A stretch of 64,000 bases of DNA from Candidatus Nanoarchaeia archaeon (GCA_036514715.1 DATBWR010000004.1:73147-137146); one strand, 5' to 3'; positions 25,915 to 37,455 are shown, counted from the stretch's first letter. Translations and numbers: made by a program. Notes: a model not told the origin generated them from the sequence alone.

Positions 25915-27258
25915 ATGAACAAGTTAAAAGAAAAAATAAAGAGTAAAGAAGCTAAAATTGTGGTGGTTGGTTTGGGCTACGTTGGCTTGCCAGTGGCTTG
26001 TTTGTTTGCTAAAGCAGGCTTTAAAGTCACTGGCATTGATTTGGACAAGAAAAAAATTACCTTAATCAATAAAGGTATCTCACCGCTTGATAGTGTTGAG
26101 GAAGGAATTGAAGATTTAGTTGGAAGCGCGGTTAAAAAGGGTTTTTACGCTACACCCAACTACATAGTGGTGAAAGATGCTGAGGTAATTTTGGTCTGTG
26201 TCGACACCCCTGTTGAAGCCAATGATCATCTGCCAGCCTATAAGGCGCTTCGAGGCGCTTTAACTTCAATTGGGGAAAACCTACGTTCCGGAACTTTGGT
26301 TATAGTCGAATCTACCATTGCACCGGGTACTACAACCAACCTAGTTATTCCTACTTTACAAAAAAGTTCAGGTATGAAGGCTAATAAAGATTTTTACGTT
26401 GGTCACTGTCCTGAACGTCTCATGCCAACACGAATTTTTAAACAACTAAAGACTTATCCAAGGGTGGTTGGTGGGCTAACTCCTGAGACAGGCCAGGTAA
26501 TGGTGGAACTTTACAAAAATATCACTTCCGGAGATTTGGATCGTACTGATCCACTTACGGCTGAAGTAACTAAGACCGAGGAAAATTCCTTTGGTGACAC
26601 ACTTATTGCCCAAGCCAACGCCTTGGCACTTTTAGCTCAAAGCTACGGAGTTGATGGGCGCGAAGTAATTAAGCTAGTTCGTAAGATCCCAGGCTACTGG
26701 GGTTCGTATTTAAATCCCGGGCCAGGCGTTGGTGGACACTGTCTTCCCAAAGACCCTTACCTGAAAATAATGCAGTTGAAAAGAAGTGGCGGGGAGGAAA
26801 AAGCCAAAACCTTGGTCGCTCAGCTTGTTAATTTAACGCGAGAGATTAATGATTATATGCCTAAAAATATGGCTGCTTTGATTGAGGAGGCGCTGAAAGA
26901 AGTTAAGGTTGTTCCCAAAAACGCTACAGTCGCACTGCTTGGATTTGCGTACAAAGCTAATACTGATGACACGAGAAATTCACCAACCGAAGCGTTGGTC
27001 AAACATTTAAAAGGTCGCGTTAGGGAAGTTCGTATCCACGACCCGTTTGTTAGAGAGTACCAAGGGGATCTGGAAACTGTTTTGAAAGGTACCAATGTTT
27101 TGGTTTTGATGTGTAAACACAATGACTACGCTAAGATCGATTTAAAAAAGGTTAAAAATCTGCTTGCAACTGCCGCCATTGTTGATGGATGGAACTTCTT
27201 TCCAAAAGAGACCGCCAGAAAAATGGGTTTTGTTTATAAAGGAGTTGGTAATGTCTAA
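25915..27258 (+). CDS. UDP-N-acetylhexosamine 6-dehydrogenase (WbpA/WecC family)
   Basis: GLGYVGLP, VESTIAPGTT, CPER, GVGGHCLPKDP, AYKANTDDTRNSP. Confidence 0.9.
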   Translation: MNKLKEKIKSKEAKIVVVGLGYVGLPVACLFAKAGFKVTGIDLDKKKITLINKGISPLDSVEEGIEDLVGSAVKKGFYATPNYIVVKDAEVILVCVDTPVEANDHLPAYKALRGALTSIGENLRSGTLVIVESTIAPGTTTNLVIPTLQKSSGMKANKDFYVGHCPERLMPTRIFKQLKTYPRVVGGLTPETGQVMVELYKNITSGDLDRTDPLTAEVTKTEENSFGDTLIAQANALALLAQSYGVDGREVIKLVRKIPGYWGSYLNPGPGVGGHCLPKDPYLKIMQLKRSGGEEKAKTLVAQLVNLTREINDYMPKNMAALIEEALKEVKVVPKNATVALLGFAYKANTDDTRNSPTEALVKHLKGRVREVRIHDPFVREYQGDLETVLKGTNVLVLMCKHNDYAKIDLKKVKNLLATAAIVDGWNFFPKETARKMGFVYKGVGNV

Positions 27259-28351
27259 GACAGTTGAGATTAGTATCTCCAAACCGTTATTGGGTAAAGA
27301 AGAAGAGAGAGCTGTTATCAGAGTTATTCGCAGTGGTAACTTAGTCCAAGGTAAGCAAGTTGAAGCTTTTGAAAAAGAATTTGCTCACCTTTGCGGAACC
27401 AAATACGCAGTGGCAACTGACAACGGTACCTCTGCTCTAATTGTTGCCTTGACAGCAGCGGGAATTGGTAGAGGGGAGGAAGTTATCACCACGCCATTTA
27501 CTTTTATTGCGACTGCCAATGCTATCTCGTTTGTTGGTGCAAAGCCAGTCTTTGTTGATATTGACTCGGACACCTTTAACGTTGATCCCAGCAAAATTGA
27601 GGAAGCGATAACCAAGAAAACTAAAGCGATTATGCCGGTTCATATTTACGGTTTGATGGCCGATATGGAAAGTACTAACAAAATTGCCAAAAAGCACAGC
27701 CTTTTAGTAATTGAAGATTCAGCCCAAGCTCACGGGGCGTCTATTTTAGGTAGAAAGGCTGGTAATTGGGGGACAGTTGGGACGTTTTCTTTCTACCCGT
27801 CGAAGAACATGACTGCCGGTGAGGGTGGGATGGTTACAACAAACAGCGAGCAGATAGCAGCGAACAGTAAGTTGTTTAGAAATCAAGGAATGAGTAATCA
27901 ATACGAACACGAAATAATTGGCTTTAATTTCCGCATGAACGAGATTGAAGCCGCCATTGGTCGAGAACAACTGAAAAAGCTAGAAGGTTTTACTAAGAAA
28001 AGAATTCAGAACGCGGCCTATTTCAACCAAAATTTGAGCAAAATTGCCGGTATTACCACACCTTTTGTTCCAGACGGTTTTGTTCATGTTTATCACCAGT
28101 ACACTATTAAAGTCGAGAGACCATACCCACTAACTCGAGACCAGCTTTTAGAAAAGCTTCACAAAAACTCTATTGGAGCACGTATTTACTACCCAAAACT
28201 TTTAAATGATGAGAAAGTTTACGCTACTTTCAAACACAAGCGCTTGTCTGTTGCCGAAAAAGTTCACAAAAATATCCTCTCTTTGCCGGTTCACCCACTA
28301 TTAACTAAAAAAGACTTGGATAAAATTATTGGAGTAGTTGCTGATGTTTAA
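27251..28351 (+). CDS. DegT/DnrJ/EryC1/StrS sugar aminotransferase (WbpE-like)
   Basis: IEDSAQAHG, FSFYPSKNMTAGEGGM. Confidence 0.92.
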   Translation: MSKTVEISISKPLLGKEEERAVIRVIRSGNLVQGKQVEAFEKEFAHLCGTKYAVATDNGTSALIVALTAAGIGRGEEVITTPFTFIATANAISFVGAKPVFVDIDSDTFNVDPSKIEEAITKKTKAIMPVHIYGLMADMESTNKIAKKHSLLVIEDSAQAHGASILGRKAGNWGTVGTFSFYPSKNMTAGEGGMVTTNSEQIAANSKLFRNQGMSNQYEHEIIGFNFRMNEIEAAIGREQLKKLEGFTKKRIQNAAYFNQNLSKIAGITTPFVPDGFVHVYHQYTIKVERPYPLTRDQLLEKLHKNSIGARIYYPKLLNDEKVYATFKHKRLSVAEKVHKNILSLPVHPLLTKKDLDKIIGVVADV

Positions 28352-29366
28352 AGCTAGCAATAAGAAGAAAATCAAGGCAGCGGTCATTGGTGTTGGCAAC
28401 ATGGGCAGGCACCACGCCCGTGTCTACCAGGAGTTGCCTAACGTTGATTTGGTTGGTGTTGCGGATTTAGACGAGAAGATTGGGAAAGCCCTCGCCCAAA
28501 AACATTCAACAAAATATTTCAAGGACTATAAAAAGCTGTTAAGTGAAACTAAACCGGATTTGGTTAGTATTTGTGTACCCACCCGTTGGCACCACTTGGT
28601 GACATTAGATGCTTTGGGTTTTGGTAGCCACGTTTTGGTGGAAAAACCAATTGCCGCAACTCTTAAGGAAGCCGAGGAAATGATTGCCGCTGCCGAAAAA
28701 GCGGAGGTGAAACTTACTGTTGGTCATATCGAAAGGTTTAACCCGGTAATTTTAAAACTCAAAGAGTTGATCGACGAGGGGAAACTGGGTAGCATCATCT
28801 CCATTATGGCCCGGCGTACTAATATAGTCCCCAACCGGATTAGGGACGCGAACGTAATTTTGGATATTGGTGTTCACGATATAGATCTTCTTAACTTTTT
28901 GCTTGATAGGAGACCACTTACTGTTCACGCTTACGGTGGCAGAGCAGTTCTTAGAAAGCACGAAGACTATGCTGACATTCTTTTAGAATACCCCAAGGAT
29001 AAGGCAGGTTTTAAAGTTACCGGCCATATTCAGACCAACTGGGTGACGCCGGTCAAAATTAGGAAAATTAATGTTACCGGTACCAAAGGTTATGCGGTTG
29101 CTAACTTGATCACCCAAGATTTAATAATTTTTGACACTAATTACACTTCAGAGTTTGATGATTTTGAGGATTACATTGGCAAGTTTAAAGAAAGTTCTGG
29201 GAAAAAAATTGTGGTGACTGTTGTCGAGCCTCTTAAAAAGCAGCTGGAAAGTTTCACAAACGCGGTGTTAGGCGATTATGAACCCTTGGTTAAACCCCTT
29301 GAAGCTTTGGAAGCCTTGAGAATTGCTAATCTCGCCACCAAAAACATCCGCTCCCGGTCCAAGTAA
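28344..29366 (+). CDS. Gfo/Idh/MocA oxidoreductase (WbpB-like sugar 3-dehydrogenase)
   Basis: GVGNMG, VEKPIA, GHIERFNP, DIGVHDID. Confidence 0.88.
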   Translation: MFKASNKKKIKAAVIGVGNMGRHHARVYQELPNVDLVGVADLDEKIGKALAQKHSTKYFKDYKKLLSETKPDLVSICVPTRWHHLVTLDALGFGSHVLVEKPIAATLKEAEEMIAAAEKAEVKLTVGHIERFNPVILKLKELIDEGKLGSIISIMARRTNIVPNRIRDANVILDIGVHDIDLLNFLLDRRPLTVHAYGGRAVLRKHEDYADILLEYPKDKAGFKVTGHIQTNWVTPVKIRKINVTGTKGYAVANLITQDLIIFDTNYTSEFDDFEDYIGKFKESSGKKIVVTVVEPLKKQLESFTNAVLGDYEPLVKPLEALEALRIANLATKNIRSRSK

Positions 29367-29474
29367 ATTGGGTAAAAAAGAAGCGGACTGAAGAATTTTC
29401 TTTTAGTCAACCTTAGGTTTGTTTGGTAGCAGTCAGTATGTTAAAATCAAGGCTGTTTAATTTTTAGGAAAACT

Positions 29475-30005
29475 ATGGCAAAAAAATCTTTAGTAAAAAT
29501 TCATAAAACAGCTGCTGTAGATAAAAGTGCTGAAATTGGTACTGGAACAGAGATTTGGGATTGGGTAAAGGTGAGGGAAAACGCCAAAATTGGTAAAAAC
29601 TGCATAATCCATAAAGGGGTGTTTATCGACCAACAAGTTCAAATTGGGAACAATGTTAAAATTCAGGTTGATGCTTCCTTGTTCAAGGGTTTAATAGTAG
29701 AAGATGGTGCTTTCATTGGGCCGCACGTTTGCTTTACTAACGATAAATTACCACGCTCAACGAGTTCAGACGGTAATTTAAAGAAGAACTCCGATTGGGA
29801 TTTGAAACCCACTGTCGTTAAGGAAGGTGCTTCGGTAGGAGCCGCAGCGACAGTCTTACCTGGAATTACGATTGGAAGGTGGGCGATGGTTGGAGCTGGT
29901 GCGGTGGTGACTAAAAACGTTCCGGATTTTGGAATTGTAGTTGGTAACCCGGCCAAGTTAGTTGGTTACGCGGATAAGGAAGGCAAAAAGGTGAGATCTG
30001 CATGA
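29475..30005 (+). CDS. Hexapeptide-repeat N-acetyltransferase (WbpD-like)
   Basis: Left-handed beta-helix repeats, [16 protein letters not shown]. Confidence 0.9.
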   Translation: MAKKSLVKIHKTAAVDKSAEIGTGTEIWDWVKVRENAKIGKNCIIHKGVFIDQQVQIGNNVKIQVDASLFKGLIVEDGAFIGPHVCFTNDKLPRSTSSDGNLKKNSDWDLKPTVVKEGASVGAAATVLPGITIGRWAMVGAGAVVTKNVPDFGIVVGNPAKLVGYADKEGKKVRSA

Positions 30006-31063
30006 AGAGAATTTTGGTAACCGGAAGTGGTGGTTCCGCTTCTTTTAATTTTATAGACTCACTAAGAATCGCTCCTGAGAAATTTTATATTGTTGGGGTT
30101 GATGTTAAACCCTACCACGCAGAACTTGCTCCGGTTGATAAACGTTATCTTATTCCTCCTGCTTCAGATCCAGACTTCATACCAACACTAAATCGCATTA
30201 TTGAGAAAGAGAAAGTGGAATTTGTTCACGCTCAACCGGACGTTGAGGTGATGGTACTTTCTAAAAACAGGGACAAGATTAAAGCCAAGGTTTTTTTGCC
30301 AGAACATTCAATTCTCGAAACTTTTGCCAACAAGATGAAGTATAATCGGCTGCTAAAAAAGAATAGAGTATCGGCACCGGAAAGTTATCACATAACCTCC
30401 AAAGAAACTTTAAAAGTAGCGCTAGATAAACTTCTTAAGAAACACGAAAAAGTTTGGATTAGAGCAATTCGTGGGGCTGGTTCAAAAGCTAGCCTACCGG
30501 TCAAAAAACTATCATTGGCGAAAGAGTGGATTGAATACTGGATAGACACCAGAGCGCTTAAGTACGAAGATTTTATGGCAAGCGAATTTTTACCGGGCCG
30601 GGAATTTGCTTTCCAAAGCCTTTGGAACAAAGGGAAGTTACTTACTTCTCAAGCAAGAGAGAGAATTGAGTACATTTTTGGCCATCTCACCCCCAGTGGG
30701 CAAACGTCCTCGCCTTCGGTGGCGAAAACTGTCAACCGTGATGATGTTAACGAAACTGCCACCAGGGCGGTAAAAGCAGTTGCACCAGAGGCAACTGGTG
30801 TTTTTTGTGTGGACATGAAAGAGGATAAAAACGGAAGAGTGTGTGTCATTGAAGTTAATGCCGGGCGTTTTTACACAACCAGCAACTTCTTTTCCCGAGC
30901 AGGTCTTAATATGCCTCATCTTTTAGTAAAAATGGCTTATGGAGAGAAGTTGCCAAAACTTGCCAAGTATAACGCTCTACCTGAAAACTTGCATTGGGTA
31001 AGAATGATTGATTCCGGTTTTAAATTGGTAAAGAACGGCGAGTGGACTAGTGAGGAAATTTAG
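30002..31063 (+). CDS. ATP-grasp fold ligase
   Basis: [24 protein letters not shown]. Confidence 0.75.
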   Translation: MKRILVTGSGGSASFNFIDSLRIAPEKFYIVGVDVKPYHAELAPVDKRYLIPPASDPDFIPTLNRIIEKEKVEFVHAQPDVEVMVLSKNRDKIKAKVFLPEHSILETFANKMKYNRLLKKNRVSAPESYHITSKETLKVALDKLLKKHEKVWIRAIRGAGSKASLPVKKLSLAKEWIEYWIDTRALKYEDFMASEFLPGREFAFQSLWNKGKLLTSQARERIEYIFGHLTPSGQTSSPSVAKTVNRDDVNETATRAVKAVAPEATGVFCVDMKEDKNGRVCVIEVNAGRFYTTSNFFSRAGLNMPHLLVKMAYGEKLPKLAKYNALPENLHWVRMIDSGFKLVKNGEWTSEEI

Positions 31064-32105
31064 TGTGGGTTTTGGGATGGATAAACAGAGGATCTTACAC
31101 GCTCCCGATGAGATTGCTGGGCAGCAGTTAGTTTTAGCTTCAGCAATGCGTTCCTTGGGGTTACCGGCGAAGTCGGTTTACTTTCACAAAAACCCTTTTG
31201 GTCTCAGGGGTGACTACAATCTAGGTTTGGGCACCAACCGCCTTAACCTAATTAACTACTTAAAACGACTTGGTTTTTTTGTCTTCGCGCTGTTTAAGTT
31301 TGATGTTTTTCAGTTTAATTACGGACGAACCTTGCTTCCCAAGTACCTAGACTTACCCGTTCTGAAATTTTTTGGGAAAAAGATCGTTGTGGTCTTTCAC
31401 GGTTGTGACGTCCGCGACTGTCAGAAGTTTTTTTCATCCTACCAAGCGCAAGGGCGAGACCATCTGAAAAACGATGTTGGGTTTACCAAAAAGCAAGCGT
31501 TAGTTTCGGAATTATCGAGATACGCGGACGCTTTAGTGGTAGCCACCGCAGACTTACTAGAAATCAACAAGGATTTTATTTACATCCCGGCAGCAATTGA
31601 TTTAGAAAAATGGGTGGCAGCTAAACCTGGCAAGAGAGATGCACCAAAAGAAGTTATTAAGATTGTTCATTCACCAACGGATCGGGAGATAAAAGGAACG
31701 GAATTTATAATGGACGCTATAGAAAATTTAAAAAAAGAAGGTTACCAAGTGGAGCTAGCTTTGTTGGAAGGTTTGCCAGCTGCGAAGGTTAAGGAAATTT
31801 TTCAGTCCACCGACATCGTTGTGGATCAAGTCCTTTCCAATTGGTACGGCACTGTCTCTATCGAAGGTATGGCTTTGGGAAAGCCGGTTATTGTTAGCTA
31901 CGACGAAGAATTGAAGACAAAGTTGAGGCCAGACCTACCAGTTGTTAGGGCGGATCGGTATGATCTGGAACAAGTTTTGAGAGGGCTTTTAAAAGACAAA
32001 AGTCGTTGGGATCTGCTTGGGAAAAGTGGAATTGAGTTTGTTAAAAAGTACCACGCAGCTGAAGTCGTGGCTAAAAAATACCTCAATTTGTACCAGAGTT
32101 TATGA
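31050..32105 (+). CDS. Glycosyltransferase, GT-B fold
   Basis: FHGCDVR, IVHSPT..IKGT, DIVVDQ...WYG.VSIEGMALGKPV. Confidence 0.8.
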   Translation: MRKFSVGFGMDKQRILHAPDEIAGQQLVLASAMRSLGLPAKSVYFHKNPFGLRGDYNLGLGTNRLNLINYLKRLGFFVFALFKFDVFQFNYGRTLLPKYLDLPVLKFFGKKIVVVFHGCDVRDCQKFFSSYQAQGRDHLKNDVGFTKKQALVSELSRYADALVVATADLLEINKDFIYIPAAIDLEKWVAAKPGKRDAPKEVIKIVHSPTDREIKGTEFIMDAIENLKKEGYQVELALLEGLPAAKVKEIFQSTDIVVDQVLSNWYGTVSIEGMALGKPVIVSYDEELKTKLRPDLPVVRADRYDLEQVLRGLLKDKSRWDLLGKSGIEFVKKYHAAEVVAKKYLNLYQSL

Positions 32106-33559
32106 AAGACCAAATTTTAAGACTTTCAAAAGACACTCTCATCTACGGAGTGGGTAACGTTGCACAGCGTTTTTTGGCGATCTTTCTGGCGCCAATTTTC
32201 ACTCGAATTTTTTCACCCGCTGATTACGGGATTTTAGACGTGATAACTACAGCGGTTGCTTTATTACAACTCTTTCTCATTCTGGGGTTGGATGCTGCCA
32301 GCAGCTATTACTACTTTCATACTGAGGGCGAAAAAGAAAAACGCCAGGTTTTATCAACTGCGCTCACCTTTTTAGCTGGTTTTGCTTTACTGGTAGCCGT
32401 CGTAGCAGTTTTTGCTGCCAGTAGTATTTCACTCTTTTTCTTTGGGACCCAAAACTATTCTAACCACATCACCATCGCTCTTTTCTCAGTGCCTTTTGTA
32501 GTTATAACAGCCTTTTTAATTGACGTCCTACGTTTGCGATTTCAAGCTAAAAAATACGTTGTTATGGCAACTACTCGGGTTTTGTTAACCGCTGCTCTGA
32601 GTATCTATCTAATTGCGTTTTTGCATTTTGGTGTTATTGGGGCTTTTTGGGCGAACTTGGTAACTGGATTAGTCACGACCCTGCTTGGTTTTTATTTAGT
32701 GCGCGATGTTTTTGAGCTGAGCTTTTCAGTGCCCTTCTTAAAAAAACTGTTGCGCTACGGTTTGCCATTAGTGCCAGCCGCTTTGTTTTATTGGGTTTTC
32801 ACTCTGTCAGATCGCTTTCTGTTAACCAAGCTTGTTAGTTTGAACGAGGTTGGAGTTTATACTATCGGTGCAAAATTAGCAGCGGTAATGGCGATGCTTG
32901 TTGGAGCCTTTCAGCTTGCTTGGGGCCCGTTTGCCTTATCAGTAGCTAAACGTAAAGAAGCTAAGGAGATTTATGCCAATGTCTTAACAGTGTATTTGGC
33001 AGTAGCTTTTTTCTTTAGTATTCTGGTAGCGAGTTTTGCCAAAGAGATATTAATTATTTTTACCACCGCACCTTATTTTGAAGCCTCCAAAGTAGTTGGG
33101 TTACTCTCAATTGGAGCTGTTTTCTACGGAGCTTATTATATTGTGGCGATTGGGGTTAATCTAGCCAAAAAGACTGAGCATTTGGCTTGGACCACTGGGT
33201 TGGCAGCTTTGGTGAGTATCGGTCTCAACCTCTTGATCATACCTCGGTTTGGAATGCTCGGTGCAGCCTTTGTTAACAGTCTGGCCTTTTTAACTTCCGC
33301 TTTGGCAATCTTTTTTGTTTCCCAAAAATATTATCCAATTAATTTTCAATACCAGAAAGTGCTGATAATTTTATTTTTTGGTGTTTGCCTAACTCTAATA
33401 GGCAGTTTTCTAAGTACGGGGGAAGTTTCTTTAGAGGTTATTTTTCTTAAAGCCTTGGTTGTCTTTTCCTTTCCTGTTTTGCTCTTCTCGACGCGTACTT
33501 TTACAACTAGCGGGCTGCGCTCCTTTGCCAGTCAATTTCCTATCATTAACAAACTATGA
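32102..33559 (+). CDS. Wzx-type oligosaccharide flippase
   Basis: About 12-14 TMs, PIFTRIFSPADYG, YGLPL, DRFLL, VGVY. Confidence 0.88.
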   Translation: MKDQILRLSKDTLIYGVGNVAQRFLAIFLAPIFTRIFSPADYGILDVITTAVALLQLFLILGLDAASSYYYFHTEGEKEKRQVLSTALTFLAGFALLVAVVAVFAASSISLFFFGTQNYSNHITIALFSVPFVVITAFLIDVLRLRFQAKKYVVMATTRVLLTAALSIYLIAFLHFGVIGAFWANLVTGLVTTLLGFYLVRDVFELSFSVPFLKKLLRYGLPLVPAALFYWVFTLSDRFLLTKLVSLNEVGVYTIGAKLAAVMAMLVGAFQLAWGPFALSVAKRKEAKEIYANVLTVYLAVAFFFSILVASFAKEILIIFTTAPYFEASKVVGLLSIGAVFYGAYYIVAIGVNLAKKTEHLAWTTGLAALVSIGLNLLIIPRFGMLGAAFVNSLAFLTSALAIFFVSQKYYPINFQYQKVLIILFFGVCLTLIGSFLSTGEVSLEVIFLKALVVFSFPVLLFSTRTFTTSGLRSFASQFPIINKL

Positions 33560-34779
33560 AAAAGCTCAGAGTTTGTATGGCCGTTACTAATCCTTTTACC
33601 CACGACCAGCGTGTTTACCGCGAGGCTAAAACCTTGGTCGATAATGGTTACTCGGTTACGGTAGTGGCTCTGAAAGAATTTGGTTCAACAATTACCGACG
33701 AGGAAGTTCTTGACGGGATTAAAGTTTTGAGAATTAGCAAAGAGAGAGTGGCCAATCTTCGTGGAACGCAATTATTGACCGAAAAAATTGGAGTTTTACC
33801 CAAAATTCTCCTTTACGGAAACAGTTTTACGCCCCAGTTACAGAGGGCTCTTTCAGAACAAAAGGCGGACATTTATCACGCCCATGATCTGGATACGTTG
33901 CAAGCTTCCTATCAGGCTAGCAGAGAAAACAAAGCCAAAATTGTTTACGACTCCCACGAAATTTTTCTTGAGGCCCTAAAAGAATGGCAAGCGGAAATTA
34001 GGGAAAATGGCGACCTAATCAAATTGGTAGGGGCCTATCTAGTGAGTGTTTCTTTAAGCCGGATCGAGAAAAACCTGATTGAAAAGGTTGACAAGGTAAT
34101 TACAATTAACGACTCGATTGCCTCTTTTCTAACCAAAAAATATCACTTGAACGAAAAACCTACTGTAGTTATGAACTGTTACGAACTTACGGAAGTTGGG
34201 CCAAATGATAAGTTACGGCTCAAGTTTTCTTTGCCAGAGTCAACAAAAGTAATTATCTTTCAAGGAGCGTTCGGAAAAGTGCGGGGTTTGGATAATACTA
34301 TAAAAGCAGTGCAGAAGGTTGAAAATGCCGCACTGATTTTGATGGGGGAAGGTAACATTAAAACTGATCTTGAAGCTTTGGTGAGAAAACTTGGTTTGGA
34401 AAAAAGGGTGTTTTTCCACCCGACAGTTGCACCTAAAGAGCTACTAAATTACACCTCTTCTGCTGATTTGGGAGTTATCGCCTACAGAAATACTTCCTTA
34501 AACAACTATTTTTGCACTCCCAACAAAATTTTTGAGTATATGATGGCTGGTATTCCAATGGTTGTCAGCGATTTTCCCGAACTAAAAAAGTTTGCCGCTT
34601 TAGGTGCGGGTCTAACCTTTGATCCGGAAAGTCCTAACTCAATTGCTACTACAATTAACAAAGTTTTTTCTGGAAATCTAGTTGGTATGAAAGAGAAAGC
34701 TCGTTCTCTTGCAGAAGAAAGCTATAATTGGGAAGTTGAATCTAAAAAACTCCTGCAAGTCTACTCTTCTTTAAATTAA
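33556..34779 (+). CDS. Glycosyltransferase family 4
   Basis: DQRVYREA, YHAHD, VYDSHE, PNKIFEYMMAGIP. Confidence 0.88.
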   Translation: MKKLRVCMAVTNPFTHDQRVYREAKTLVDNGYSVTVVALKEFGSTITDEEVLDGIKVLRISKERVANLRGTQLLTEKIGVLPKILLYGNSFTPQLQRALSEQKADIYHAHDLDTLQASYQASRENKAKIVYDSHEIFLEALKEWQAEIRENGDLIKLVGAYLVSVSLSRIEKNLIEKVDKVITINDSIASFLTKKYHLNEKPTVVMNCYELTEVGPNDKLRLKFSLPESTKVIIFQGAFGKVRGLDNTIKAVQKVENAALILMGEGNIKTDLEALVRKLGLEKRVFFHPTVAPKELLNYTSSADLGVIAYRNTSLNNYFCTPNKIFEYMMAGIPMVVSDFPELKKFAALGAGLTFDPESPNSIATTINKVFSGNLVGMKEKARSLAEESYNWEVESKKLLQVYSSLN

Positions 34780-34781
34780 TT

Positions 34782-36668
34782 ATGTGTGGAATATCTGGAA
34801 TTTTAAGTTTTGAAAAAAACAAAATTGATCAAAGAACGGTCAAAGCTATGGCCAATACCCTCAGACATAGAGGACCAGATGATGAAGGTTTCTACTTTGA
34901 CGAAAATATTGGTTTGGGTTTCCGTAGGCTAGCGATACTGGATTTGTCTTCCGCTGGGCACCAACCGATGAACAGGGGCCCATTTTGGATTATCTTCAAT
35001 GGAGAAATTTACAACTATCTTGAGCTTCGGGAAGAGCTAAAAAAGAAGGGTTATCAGTTTAGCTCTGGTACTGACTCCGAAGTTATTTTGAGAGCCTATG
35101 AAGAATGGGGTGAGGATTGTGTCAAACGCTTTAATGGAATGTGGGCTTTTGCCATCTGGGACAAAAGCAGGAAGAAGTTATTTGTCTCCCGTGACCGTAT
35201 GGGTGTGAAACCTTTTTACTACTATGTTGATAGGAGCCGGTTTTACTTTTCCTCTGAAATCAAAGCCTTGCTGGTTAACAAAGAAATCAAGGCTAGTCCA
35301 AACGAGGGAATTATCTACGACTATCTTTTAAATGGGCAGATTGACCATACTAACGAAACCTTTTTTGAAGGTATTAAGCAACTTCCTGGTGGACACAATT
35401 TGGTAGTTCAAATTCCACAAGGCAAGATGGAAATTAAGAAATTTTGGGATATCGATCCGGACAACAAACTAGAGGGATTATCAGATGAAGAATACGCGGA
35501 GCGTTTTCGCGAGCTTTTTATTGATTCGGTTAGCCTGCGGTTAAGAGCCGACGTTCCTATTGGAACTTGCCTTTCTGGAGGCTTGGACTCCTCCAGTATT
35601 GTTTGTGTAGTAGCTGATTTATTGAAGAAAGAAAAAATTGAACAAATCGGGGAAATTCAGAAGACATTCACCGCAGCTTACAAAAATGCTGAGTACGATG
35701 AATCAGCCTTCGCTGGCGAAGTGGTTAGGAAAGCTCGCACAAAAGATTTCTATACCTATCCATCTGGTGAAAAGCTGTATGAAGAAATTGATAAGATTAT
35801 TTATCATCAGGATGAACCTTTTAGTTCCACTTCAATTTATGCCCAGTGGAATGTTTTCCGGCTAGCCAAGGAACAAGGAGTAAAGGTAATGCTAGATGGA
35901 CAAGGATCAGATGAGTTATTAGCTGGTTACACGTCTTCTTTCTCAGCTTATTATGCCCATTTACTGAAAAGCTTAAAATTTCTTAAACTTCTAGACGAAT
36001 TGTCAGCTTTTTCCAAAAATTATTCAAACAAAAAGTTCTTGGGAGTTTCCGGTTTAAGCCCAAAGTTATTTCTTAGTTATTTGCTGCCAAGAAGTTTGGT
36101 CCAGTCTTTAAAAACTCGTACTAAGACGGAGTCGGTGGTGCTGGAAGAAACCTTTTCTAACGAATATCAGGACCGGCATCTTGAAGTTAATTTTGACCCG
36201 AACGACTCTTTTAGAAACTTTACCTACCTGTCTTTGAGAAAATCTTCTCTGCCGGCTCTCTTACATTACGAAGATAGAGACTCAATGGCTTTTTCAATTG
36301 AGGCTAGAGTTCCTTTTCTCGACTACCGTTTAGTGGAATTTGTTTTTTCTCTACCTAATGATCAGAAAATTAAGGATGCTCGTACCAAAGCTGTGTTGCG
36401 TAATGCCATGCACGGGATAATTCCGGAGAAGGTTGAAGGGCGCCTTGATAAAATCGGGTTTACTACCCCGGAAGACCTTTGGTTTCGGACAGTTTTGAAG
36501 AAGATGACCTTGGATATACTTGGGTCAAAATCGTTTAAAGACCGGGGGTTTATCAATCCAGAAAAAGCTTTGGAGCAGTTTCAGAATTTAAGTAGCGATG
36601 TTAATAAATCGAGCGCAATTTGGAGGTGGGTAAACCTCGAACTTTGGTTTAGAAAGTTTATCGATTAG
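34782..36668 (+). CDS. asnB: Asparagine synthase-like amidotransferase (WbpS-like)
   Basis: MCGISG, HRGPD, FNGEIYN, LSGGLDSS, EARVPFLD. Confidence 0.9.
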   Translation: MCGISGILSFEKNKIDQRTVKAMANTLRHRGPDDEGFYFDENIGLGFRRLAILDLSSAGHQPMNRGPFWIIFNGEIYNYLELREELKKKGYQFSSGTDSEVILRAYEEWGEDCVKRFNGMWAFAIWDKSRKKLFVSRDRMGVKPFYYYVDRSRFYFSSEIKALLVNKEIKASPNEGIIYDYLLNGQIDHTNETFFEGIKQLPGGHNLVVQIPQGKMEIKKFWDIDPDNKLEGLSDEEYAERFRELFIDSVSLRLRADVPIGTCLSGGLDSSSIVCVVADLLKKEKIEQIGEIQKTFTAAYKNAEYDESAFAGEVVRKARTKDFYTYPSGEKLYEEIDKIIYHQDEPFSSTSIYAQWNVFRLAKEQGVKVMLDGQGSDELLAGYTSSFSAYYAHLLKSLKFLKLLDELSAFSKNYSNKKFLGVSGLSPKLFLSYLLPRSLVQSLKTRTKTESVVLEETFSNEYQDRHLEVNFDPNDSFRNFTYLSLRKSSLPALLHYEDRDSMAFSIEARVPFLDYRLVEFVFSLPNDQKIKDARTKAVLRNAMHGIIPEKVEGRLDKIGFTTPEDLWFRTVLKKMTLDILGSKSFKDRGFINPEKALEQFQNLSSDVNKSSAIWRWVNLELWFRKFID

Positions 36669-36675
36669 TTAAAAA

Positions 36676-37455
36676 ATGGTTACCCTTACTTTTAACCTAA
36701 CTAAAAAAGTTCCTCTTGGAAACACCAGCATTTGGGTTGATACTGCTATGGAAGCTGAGAAGGACTACGCTGGTTTAAAATATAAGGAAGCGGGAGTTGT
36801 CCGAAAAGTTAAAGACTTACTTTGGCCAGCTGTTTCCCTGAGAAACCTCTGGTTGGTTGACGGTTTTATTGAGAATACAGTTGGGAGCTTAATTAAAAAA
36901 TACGCTAAAAAAGACACAGTTTTTCTAGATGTGGGTTGTGGTGATTTGCGTTTGAAAAGGTACTTACCTAAAAAACTTACTTACAGCGGCTTAGACATTA
37001 ATTTCTCACAGGTCCAAATCAACCGAGAAGTGAAAAAGGGCGAAAAAGTTAATTTAGCTTTGGCATCGGCGAAAAAAATTCCACTTGCCGACGGCTCCGT
37101 AACCCTAGCTGCCAGTGCCGAAGTGTTTGAACACATTCCTGGTGTGGAAAAAGCAATTGCCGAAGTTTACCGTATTTTAAAACCAGGTGGAATTTTGGTT
37201 ATCTCAATACCTAATAATTATTGCTACAAGTACCAAAAGAAGGGTGCCCACGCAGATCACGTTAATAACTGGAAGTTTGTTGAATTTAGAAAATTTGTCG
37301 AGGACAGAAGTTTCAAATGCTTGGAAAGTGATCTGAAAGGTTACTGGTTACCTCTGCCATTGTGGTTGACCAAAACCAGTTATCAACTACCGCTAAAATC
37401 AAAAAAAGAGTTTTATAACACTAACTTCTTTTATGTGTTTAAAAAACAAACATGA
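36676..37455 (+). CDS. Class I SAM-dependent methyltransferase
   Basis: FLDVGCG, EVFEHI, RILKPGG. Confidence 0.85.
   Translation: MVTLTFNLTKKVPLGNTSIWVDTAMEAEKDYAGLKYKEAGVVRKVKDLLWPAVSLRNLWLVDGFIENTVGSLIKKYAKKDTVFLDVGCGDLRLKRYLPKKLTYSGLDINFSQVQINREVKKGEKVNLALASAKKIPLADGSVTLAASAEVFEHIPGVEKAIAEVYRILKPGGILVISIPNNYCYKYQKKGAHADHVNNWKFVEFRKFVEDRSFKCLESDLKGYWLPLPLWLTKTSYQLPLKSKKEFYNTNFFYVFKKQT

Noticed and set aside
29366-29474. JUMPStart/ops element in the glycan cluster
   Set aside because: No GGCGGTAG match; only a weak hairpin and a probable internal -10
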